Below are positions 54,724-64,000 of a stretch of DNA of 64,000 bases, piece after piece. The first letter of the stretch is position 1; each line of letters starts with the position of its first letter. Below the pieces are notes generated by a model. It searched no databases. It saw only the letters and a program-made list of their open reading frames with translations, and was not told the DNA's origin. Location: the NCBI GenBank assembly GCA_020184695.1, contig JAANOX010000011.1, positions 558,001 through 622,000 of the forward strand. The letters are read 5' to 3'. A program made the position numbers and the translations under genes. The DNA is from Histomonas meleagridis 2922-C6/04-290x (Eukaryota > Protista > Parabasalia).

Positions 54724-56523
54724 TTATATGTGAACATTAAAATTATCTTCTTTAAAGTCTTCTGCAAATGGATCTTCTTTAGTATTTGCTGGTGAAAATC
54801 CAATTGTAAAATCATTAATTTCTGCTTCTTTTTCTTGATTATTATTTGTTTCTTCTTCGATATATTCTTTTTTATTTCGAATACGTTTTAATATCACTAT
54901 TAATATTATTACAATGATTATTACTATTCCAATTACAACGCCAATAATAATATAAATATAATTTTTATCATTATTATTATTTATTTCTTCATCTTGAAAT
55001 ATAATATAAAAATCGGAATAAATACTATAATATTTAGAATAATAGATAATTGAATATTCATAATAAATAACAGATGTTTGTAAATATGTAGGAATTGAAT
55101 TTATGATTATAAATGAATACGAATCTATTAAATATGAATTATATAAAGTTAATGATTTTGAAAATGTCAAAATATGTGATAAAACAAATGAATGTGTTAT
55201 ACTTATATTTTGTGATAATGTCTGCGTAAAAACATTTGATTTAGTGAATTCATTACTTTTTGTAAATGTATTCGATTGAGTAAATTCATTTGATTTACTA
55301 AATGTATTACTTTTTGTAAATATATTCGATTTAGTCAATGTATTACTTCGCGTAAATGAATTTGAATTTGAAAAAAAGTTTGATTGAGTAAACGAATTCG
55401 ATTTAGTGAATGCATTACTTTGCGTAAAAGTTTTTGATTGAGTAAATGTATTCGATTGAGTTGGCGTAAATGTTAGAGTTGGCATTGGTGTACAGCCATC
55501 AATTGTTATTCCTTTAGAGACATTTAATTCTCCAAATGTATCTCCTTGGTATGTTTTATATGTCATAACTGATGCTGAAACACCTTCAAATGCGCCACTT
55601 CCAAACGTTGGAGGAGTTTGGCCATAAAAATAAATGCATTTGAGTGATGTACATGATGAAAATGCGTTTGTTTTAATACTTTTTACATTTTCTCCAATTA
55701 CAATTGTTAATAATTTAGTACATATATTAAAAGTACTTGGATTAATAACTGTTAAATATTTTGGTAATATTACATTTGTAAATATACAATTATAGAATGC
55801 AAAGCTTCCGATTGTTTTTACATTATCTCCAATTGAAATTGATGATAAATTACTGCATGATTCAAATGCATGGTCCCTAATATAAGTGACTGAATCTGGA
55901 ATTTGAAATCTATTTGATTTAAGTCCCGGTAAATAACTGATAAGTTCTGTATTATCACTTGTATATAAAATGCCATCATTTTCATAGTTAGAGAAATATT
56001 GATTTTCATTTGAAATTTTTATAAATTGAAGACTCTTACAACGAAGAAATGGATTTGATAAAATTGATGATACTGTACTTGAAATTGTAACATCTATAAG
56101 ATTATAACAATTTTGAAACATAAAGTTCCCAATTGTTTCCACGCCTTCATCAAGTGTTACTGAAGAAAGTGCATTACACCCAATAAAAATATTTTGTCCA
56201 ACTGTTTTAAGAGGACTTTTTAATTTTACTTCTTTTAATACAACGCAATATGAAAATGCATATTCATCAATCTTTGTAATACTTTCACCGAATGAAACTG
56301 ATTCTAATAAAGAACAATATTCAAACGCTGAATCTCCAATTGTTGTAACTGAATTTCCAATTTCCACAGTTTTTAAAAATTTCCACAAAGAAAATGCTTT
56401 CATAGGAATTTCTGTAACCCCATCAGAAATGATAACACTATTAGTAAAGTCTTTATGTTCATTTGTAAAATCATTTGAACTTGTTACAATTAAAGTTGCT
56501 GTTGTATTGTCAAATGTTTGCAT
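54724..56523 (-). CDS. BspA-like (TpLRR) surface protein with Thr/Ser/Asn-rich stalk, TM helix and acidic tail
   Basis: VxIGNSVTTIGDSAFEYC-type LRR_5 repeats, (FTxSNx)n stalk, IYIIIGVVIGIVIIIVIILIVIL TM and DPFAEDF tail. Start trimmed to MQTFD. Confidence 0.9.
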   Translation of the reverse strand: MQTFDNTTATLIVTSSNDFTNEHKDFTNSVIISDGVTEIPMKAFSLWKFLKTVEIGNSVTTIGDSAFEYCSLLESVSFGESITKIDEYAFSYCVVLKEVKLKSPLKTVGQNIFIGCNALSSVTLDEGVETIGNFMFQNCYNLIDVTISSTVSSILSNPFLRCKSLQFIKISNENQYFSNYENDGILYTSDNTELISYLPGLKSNRFQIPDSVTYIRDHAFESCSNLSSISIGDNVKTIGSFAFYNCIFTNVILPKYLTVINPSTFNICTKLLTIVIGENVKSIKTNAFSSCTSLKCIYFYGQTPPTFGSGAFEGVSASVMTYKTYQGDTFGELNVSKGITIDGCTPMPTLTFTPTQSNTFTQSKTFTQSNAFTKSNSFTQSNFFSNSNSFTRSNTLTKSNIFTKSNTFSKSNEFTQSNTFTKSNEFTKSNVFTQTLSQNISITHSFVLSHILTFSKSLTLYNSYLIDSYSFIIINSIPTYLQTSVIYYEYSIIYYSKYYSIYSDFYIIFQDEEINNNNDKNYIYIIIGVVIGIVIIIVIILIVILKRIRNKKEYIEEETNNNQEKEAEINDFTIGFSPANTKEDPFAEDFKEDNFNVHI

Positions 56524-57559
56524 TGAATAATTAAAAAAACAAGCAAAAATTACCAAAATTAAATTGCTATTTACAATTTCTTTTATATGAATATTACTGA
56601 AATTGAGCTTTGTTGAAAACAGTTTCTTAAGAATATGTAGCACCATTAAATATACATAAAAATATGAACTAACAACAAATAAATTCATAATTGTTAGGTT
56701 ATTACATATAAAATTCATTTGGTACTGAGTAAAATCAAAACGTTCTTTGGAGGGAAATTGATTGTTTTTATTTTTTGGAAAAATTTCTAATTTGTAATTA
56801 ATCAATAATTTTTTACTATTTGCACTAAAAAAGCATGGTGACAAAAAATGATTTTTTAACAGTACCCAAAAACATCCAAGCATTGGGAAAGATTTTCTTT
56901 GGGCAAAGTCAACAACAAATTTTGAGCTGACAACTCCTGTCAAATCTGAAATTTGAATGAAAACTGTCACCTTTTGGTTTCAGAAATTGTGGTAAAATTA
57001 CTATTTCGTTTTCGGTTTGTTCATTTCCGTTACCGGTTACAAACGAATAAAAACGATAGGGATTAAACCACAAGGAAAAGTTCCTTTCAAATTCCAAAAT
57101 GTATTTTGTAATAATTTTAAAGGACTTTTTACATCTAAAGATGATAAAGTTTGAATATTACACATGGAAAAAGGCCAAATGTAAATTCGAGAATAATAAT
57201 TACATATCCAAATGTTTTGCATTGTTTTAATTTTATTTGTATAAAATTTAATGTACAGTATGCATTAGGCATTAAAGAGTAAACTTTTTATTTGTGTTTA
57301 ATGATTAAAAAGATATCTTTTTAATATGTGAAGTAATTACAAAAATTTTACAATTCCCAATCAAAAGAAAGCAAAAATCTCAAAGTTAAATTTTTCTCTC
57401 ATGTTTAATTGCATGATAACTGCTTTTATGAAGAGATTAATTCACATCGAGTGAAAAATTGCATCAATCTCTTTAATTATTAATTCATTTTAAAATAGTT
57501 AAATGTCCACGCTAAATGTTTAATGAAATATAATATTCTATTTTTCTTTATTTTCTATA

Positions 57560-58702
57560 TTATATTTTTGCTTTCCCTAAGAATCCTTGTTTAGAAACTT
57601 TTACACATTGTTGTTGTTCATCATTAATTTCTCTGTTTTCCCTGTTGTAGCTTGTTAATGACCTAAAATTGTGTTTTTGTATTTGTGCGTTGTTTTCTTT
57701 ATGTTTATTTAATTCTGTTGCAACAATTCTCGATATTTTTGAGCACAAAATTATTTTATATATTGCAACAACTTTGCTATTTGTTACATTGATCCAATTT
57801 TCATTCAATTGTTCGCAATCCAAAGAAAGGCTTTTCATATATTCTACAATTTGCTTGTCAATACCATTTGTAAGATTATTATGTAATTTTGTAACTGCTT
57901 CAGATGACTCTTTATATCCTTGAAGCCATTTAGAATCAAGAATTTCATCCAATGTAATTCTATTTGTAAAATCTTTTGTTAGCATTCCTTTTAATAAAAC
58001 TCTGAGTTCATGAGAAAGGTAATGCGGAATAAACGGATCAACAAAAGCAATTCGTTGCATTTGCATTTGCGTTGTGGTACCATTAAAAGGAAATGTTCCT
58101 GTTGTCATAACATAAAGAATAATCCCTAAACTCCAAATATCAGTTTTTTCTGAATATGTTTTTCTTGTTATAATTTCTGGAGATACATATGCTGGAGAAC
58201 CAATCAGAGAAGTGAATTGATGTGACTCTGCAAAAGACTTAGAAAATCCAAAATCAATGAGTTTAATGTTGTTGTATTTGTCAAGGAGAATGTTTTCTAG
58301 TTTAAGATCACGATGCGCAACCATTGCATCATGATGAAGATATTGGAGAACTGTTACCAATTGCATAAACAATCGCTTTGCTTCGTGCTCAGAAAGTTTT
58401 CCTTTCTTTTGGATATATTCCAAAAGACTTCCATTTTCGGCATATTCTATTACTAAAAAATACTTATTTCCCCGTTCAATGATTTGAAAACATTCTGCTA
58501 TGAAAGGATGATGAATGTTTGGTAGAATTTGAATTTCATTTTTAAAATGTTTAAATGATGGATTAGCTTCATCTTTTTCTATGAATTTGATTGCGACTGT
58601 TCGAGATAAAAACTGATGTTCTGCCTCAAAAGTTTTGAGGTAAGTTCCTTTTGATATTAATTTTTTTATTTTATAGTCTTGTAAATCATGATCGCTGCTC
58701 AT
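57560..58702 (-). CDS. Protein kinase, CAMK group (AMPK/SNF1-like)
   Basis: VAIKFI, EYAENGSL, HRDLKLENILLD, DFG, GSPAYVSPE and DIWSLG. Confidence 0.92.
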   Translation of the reverse strand: MSSDHDLQDYKIKKLISKGTYLKTFEAEHQFLSRTVAIKFIEKDEANPSFKHFKNEIQILPNIHHPFIAECFQIIERGNKYFLVIEYAENGSLLEYIQKKGKLSEHEAKRLFMQLVTVLQYLHHDAMVAHRDLKLENILLDKYNNIKLIDFGFSKSFAESHQFTSLIGSPAYVSPEIITRKTYSEKTDIWSLGIILYVMTTGTFPFNGTTTQMQMQRIAFVDPFIPHYLSHELRVLLKGMLTKDFTNRITLDEILDSKWLQGYKESSEAVTKLHNNLTNGIDKQIVEYMKSLSLDCEQLNENWINVTNSKVVAIYKIILCSKISRIVATELNKHKENNAQIQKHNFRSLTSYNRENREINDEQQQCVKVSKQGFLGKAKI

Positions 58703-59229
58703 GTTGTGCTTTAACGTACAGAATTTATCATCCACCAAAAAAAGTGTTTTGTAATATTTATATAAAAAGTGGTTTCAAGTGTCACATTTTTCTATTCCAA
58801 AACACGCTCGTTCGCTGCAAGGGATCCTTGAATGGATCATTCCATCGTAAATTTAATAATATAGATCATATTAAACCAGAATCAAGAGTCGTCCAGAAAA
58901 CCTGGGATTATTGCTTTGTCAAAAAATTTAATGCCGACATCACATTTTATATTATATTCACCCATCCCTATCAGTCAGAAAAACCCCTATCCACCCTTGT
59001 TACTTGGATCAATAAAAGACAAATTTTAAGTAAAACTTCCTATTGATGATTATTTATATATTTGATCTTAGTATTTTTTTTATTGTTTGATTTATCAGAC
59101 ATCAAATTAGGATTTTATATGAATATTAATATAGAAGGCAAATATTTTTTTCTTACTTTTTTTTTGATGTCAATTTTTAAATAAACAATAAAAAAAATGG
59201 GATCAATAAACAAAGTTATTGAAAATTAA

Positions 59230-61046
59230 ATGAGTCTCTTCAAGTCTTTTTGGGGATTTGTTTCAGATTTCGAGAAATCCATTGATAAAGATTTTGCAGA
59301 GCGAAACAATGTTGAACGTAAAGAAGAGAATCAACAAGGAAAAGAAGAACGACAAATTTCAGAAGGAAACAAAAATGTTCAAGAAGAAGACACGAAAAAT
59401 GACAAAGCAAAAGATATAATAAAAGGAAGAGAAGAAGAAGATATTGATTATTCAACACGAATTCAAGAGTTACAAAACAAAGTTGCAGATTTTGAACTTG
59501 AAGTTGAAGAAAACACCAAAACCATTGAAAATTATCAAAACATTCTTAATACAGTTGATCCAAATTGGACATTATTAATTCAAGAATATCAAGAACGAAA
59601 CAGAAAAATTACAGAACAAAAAGAAAAATTACAACGAAACATTGAACAAATCAAAGAAGAAATTGAACAATTCTCGAACAACAATGAAATATTACGAAAA
59701 GTTGAAGAAGAACTTTCAAGTGCACGAGAAAAGTCGGGACTTATTCAAAGAAGAATACAAAAAAACATTCAAATTCAAGAAGAAACGCTTCAAAAAGAAG
59801 AAAAAAACGACTTGATGAAGAACTTTTAACTACAGAAAAAGAACTTCAAAATGTTAAGAATGACATTAAAGACACGAATCAAAACATTCAAGAAGAAGAA
59901 CGGAAATATCAAATTTCTAAAAGGCAATTTGAACAAAACAAGAAAGAAATCATTGAACTCTCTATTCAAAATGATAAATATTATCAAGAATATGAAGAAC
60001 AACGGAAAATATATGAAAACGTTCATCAAGAAGAAGAAAAACTTCATAAAGACATTGAACGAAGTAAAACAGAACTTTATAACATTGATCAACATCAACA
60101 GAATTACAAAGAAAAGCGACGTAAAATGCGAAGTGAATCAATTCGACAACTTGCGAATGGGATTCTTCAAAGTAAAGAAAAAGAACGAAATGAACTTATT
60201 CATGAACGTGATAAATTAAATGAAAAGAAGACATTTAATCAAAACGCATTTGAACGAGAGCATCATAATATTCAACTTATGATCAGTTCGAGTAAGACAG
60301 AGCATCGGGAACTTTTACTTCGTTATAATAATATTAAAAGTTCAATTCCACAATTAATTGAACCATTGCAAACGCAAATTGAATCATTTAAAAGTGTTTA
60401 TGCTACGAATGAAAGTATTGAAATGTCAGTTCTTGAACGTCTTACAACGGAATACAAAGAACTTGAAGAACAGCACGAAGCACAAGAAAATGCGAAGAAA
60501 GACATTTCGCGCGAACTTGAAGAAATTAATTCAGAGAAACGTCGCCTTCAAATTTTATATCATTCACTTGAAGAAGAAATTCAAACACATCGAAATAACA
60601 TTGAAACGATGAAAGGAATTATTGAAGAATATCAAAGTAAAACGTATGACATTAAATATCAATACGAACGAACGAAAGAAAAATATTTTGAAACAGAACA
60701 ACGAATTGAACAAGAACGAATTCGCAATAACACGAAATCTAATTTGCGACGAAATGAAATAACGACATTAAAACATAAATTGCATGAACTTGAAGAAGAA
60801 GAGAAGCGACAAAGTAAACCTTCTATGTTCAGTCGATGGAAGGAGCTCACCAAGAAGTGCGGCGAACTTTACGAAGAGTGCGAAGACAAAATTAATGAAA
60901 TGAAAGATGAAAACAAATTAAATTTATTTTTTAATGAAACTATTGAACTTATTTCAGAACATCAAGAAACGTTATCACAAATTAAGCGAACTATTGAACG
61001 AGAAAAAGAACATTTTCGGAAACAACTTCAAGAAATTATTGTTTGA
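59230..61046 (+). CDS. Long E/K/Q-rich coiled-coil protein (about 600 aa when A-run lengths are corrected)
   Basis: Three extra-A slips at about 59748-59797 relative to the left copy. Using left-copy run lengths gives a single ORF. Confidence 0.7.
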
Positions 61047-61103
61047 ATAAATGAATAATTTATTTGACGATTATTTTCTATTGAAAAATATTTAAATTAA
61101 GGA

Positions 61104-61947
61104 ATGAGTCTTTCTGAACTTAAAGAATATTTCTATCTTGGATATTACAATAAAGTCATCGAAATGTCGACAACATTCGATAAAGGGGATGAAGAAGTTG
61201 AATTCTTAGTTTTACGTTCACGTCTTTTTTTAAATCAAGTTGACTTTGTTTTAAATTTAACTAAAACACAAAACACAGGAATGTATAAAGGGTCTTTATC
61301 TTTTATCACAAAGTCTTAAACAAAACAATAAAGACGATATTTTACAACTTTTAAAAAGTCTTGATCAAACATTGATACAAAAATCGAAACATTATGTAAT
61401 TTGTGTCAGTATTATTTATAATATGATTGAAGAATATTTAATAGGGTTAGAAATTTTACAAAATTTTGAAGATATTGAAGTTTCATCTTTAAGAGTTCAA
61501 ATGTATTTAAATATTCATCGCATTGATTTAGCAGAAACAGAACTTATACAAATCAAAGATTCTATATTATATAGTATTAATTGCGCACTTATTTCATTTT
61601 TTAAGGGTGAAGACGAAGTTAAAAATTCATTATTTTCACTTCTTGATTTATCAGAACGATTTGAAACGTCACCAATTTTTAATGAATTTAATTAGTGTTT
61701 GTCATTTTTTTATATTGGAGAATGGGAGAACGGTCGAAATTGCATTTTGACAGCGAGTGAACAATTTCCAAATGACGAAAGCGTCGGCATCAATTACGCA
61801 GTGTCGTTGAGTCATTCATCATTCATCGAACAATTAAATACGCAATTATCGCTTATTAAGAATTATCGAAATAATTATAACGAAAAGATTCAAGAAATGT
61901 TGAAAACGTTTGATGAGACAGCAACGAGACTTTTAACAGAAGAATAA
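61104..61947 (+). CDS. COPE: Coatomer epsilon subunit, second copy, broken by homopolymer indels
   Basis: Near-identical to 51608-52447. Extra G at about 61290 and extra T residues at about 61680 and 61710. Confidence 0.7.
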
Positions 61948-62005
61948 AAATAAATAAATAAATAAAAAATATTTTTATTTATTAATAACAAATTTGTTTA
62001 TTTGT

Positions 62006-64000
62006 TTATATTGGTATATTTTGCGTTAATTGTTGAGTCAGAATTTGACCAATTTCATTTAATATGTTCTGAAGTTTCGAAATAGTTTCTATTGAACCAT
62101 TAAACAAATTTAAAAGTTCCGTTGAAGATATTTCTGTGATAAAGTTGCAGACGTATTGATACATTTCTTTCATTAATTGTGGTGATTCCATTAAATGTTT
62201 CAAAAGTTGAATATTATTCGGATAAAAAGGTTCTACAATCGTATGGAAAAGTTGCGTTTTATATTCTGGAAAATGTCGGATAATATAACCATAAATAATA
62301 TGACTGACTTCAAATGTGATCGTAATAGGCAAAAAGTTCGAATACCATAAAATGATTTGTTCATTAGTAATATTTACAATTTCATCAATACGTGAAAATA
62401 ATGCTAAAAGATATTCACGAATGATAATTTCTGTTTTATTCATTCCTTTTAAATTATTAATACGTTGAACAATAATTTGAAGGATTTCATTATTATGTTG
62501 AAATCCATTCGGAAATGTTTCAATTAATTTCATTAAAAATGTTACATATGTTTGACAATATTTAATTTCATCACTCGAAATATTTCGTATTGAAATATGA
62601 TAAAGTTCGTCAAGAAAAGGGGTTGGTAAATATTTAATAATATTCATACTAATATTAAAACAAATAATTTGTTCTGTTTCATATTTACTATGAATTAATT
62701 CATAAAGTTTTGGGATGAAATGTTCAAAAAATGTTTCATTAATTTCAATACTTCGAAGAATATTATTAAGAATTTCATTAATTTCTTGATGAAATTTAAT
62801 AATTAAATATTCATCAATAATATTATTTCGTTGTTGTTCTAATAAAAGAAATATTAATTCTAAAAATATTTCTCTTTATTATTAAATATAATTTTTCCCT
62901 AAATATTGATATGAAACATTAAATGTTTTAATACTTGACGTTTCTAATAAAATATCTTCTGATTCTTCTAAAAAAATTTTAAATTACTTAATAACATATT
63001 AACATAAATATGTGTAAAATTTGGAATATTTAATCGAATAATTGAACAAAATAATTTATTAGATTCAATAAAAATATTATTAAAAATACTTTTATAACTT
63101 TTAAATAAACATGAAAAAACAATTATTATGTTTTCTTGTTTTAAAAAATATGGTGGATATTTTTTAATGATTATACTTAATAATTTAAGATCATTTTTAA
63201 TAATATAATCAATATAATTACAAATTTCATTAATATTTTCTTCATTTTGAAGTTTTAGAATTAATTCTTCGGTATAATCTTGTGAACAATTATGAAATAT
63301 TTTGGGTAAAATATTTGGTAATAATTCTTCTATTTCTGTAGGATAATATTTTATTAATTTAATAAAACCAAAAATTGAATCTTGTTCTAAAATAATATCT
63401 TCACTTAAATACCATTTAATTAATATATTCTTAATTTCATGTATTTTATCTTGAAATAATTCGTGACAATTTCGACTTAATGAACAAATAACTCGTAATG
63501 CATTACCACGTTGAATTTCATTATCTTTTTGTAAAAATTCATATGAAATTCGATAAATTTCTTCAAAATATTCACAAATTTTATTTCTTGATCGAATAGT
63601 AAGAATAGTTAAAATTAACCAACTATTAGTACAAATTTCAAGATCATTAATATATAAATTACAAATATTTATTAAGATTTCAAATATTGGATCAATATCT
63701 TCAATATCATAAAGAATATTCGGAATTAAGATTAAACCTTCTACAAAATGTTCTCGTTGAATCATGTCAATAATTTTTAATAATAATATTTTCTAATTTA
63801 GCATTCTTTTGTTCACTTAATGAAAAATAACATGTTTTAATAGTATGACATGAAAGACTTCGTATTAATTCATTATTAATATTAAAAGATGAAATACAAT
63901 AAAATAAAAGTCGTTCTTTTAAATCAATGATTAAATTAGAATGTGTTCGTAATGAAATTTGGATTAATAATATCCCAGTAAAATATGTAGATGGATTCGT
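62006..64000 (-). CDS. Importin-beta-like HEAT protein, second copy (3' part only in window)
   Basis: Reverse-complement match to 49554-51549. Confidence 0.6.

Larger units (their letters stand above)
59078..64000. repeat. Right arm of the inverted duplication (runs off the window end)
   Basis: Reverse-complement match to 49554-54279 plus an extra 191 bp. Confidence 0.95.

Noticed and set aside
49554-64000. Maverick/Polinton or other transposon with long terminal inverted repeats
   Set aside because: The arms consist of cellular genes, and no integrase, polymerase or transposase lies between them

Overview
AT-rich, gene-dense eukaryotic DNA, almost certainly from a parabasalid protist (Trichomonas/Tritrichomonas-like). 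Support: two initiator-binding-domain (IBD) proteins, DUF3447-ankyrin genes, a BspA surface protein and TCACT Inr motifs. The standard genetic code is used and I found no canonical introns. Most genes are trafficking or signalling genes: Rab, Ras, RhoGAP, TBC GAP, Sec10, COPE, importin-beta-like, PP1-like, PP4, PP2A-B'', kinases, XMAP215 and MED13. Two things stand out. (1) At five loci, the ankyrin repeats of DUF3447-type genes are split at the same codon by an AT-rich spacer. It is exactly 80 nt in 11 of 13 complete copies, breaks the frame, and has no frame-restoring GT-AG that keeps the ankyrin consensus. The 90-nt coding modules stay stop-free and vary at binding positions. This suggests an uncharacterised splicing, bypassing or cassette system, although decayed repeat arrays remain possible. 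(2) A near-identical inverted duplication of at least 4.7 kb per arm (49554-54279 and 59078-64000+) flanks a 4.8 kb BspA plus kinase spacer. Many frameshifts at 22-25 kb and 46-64 kb look like homopolymer consensus errors.
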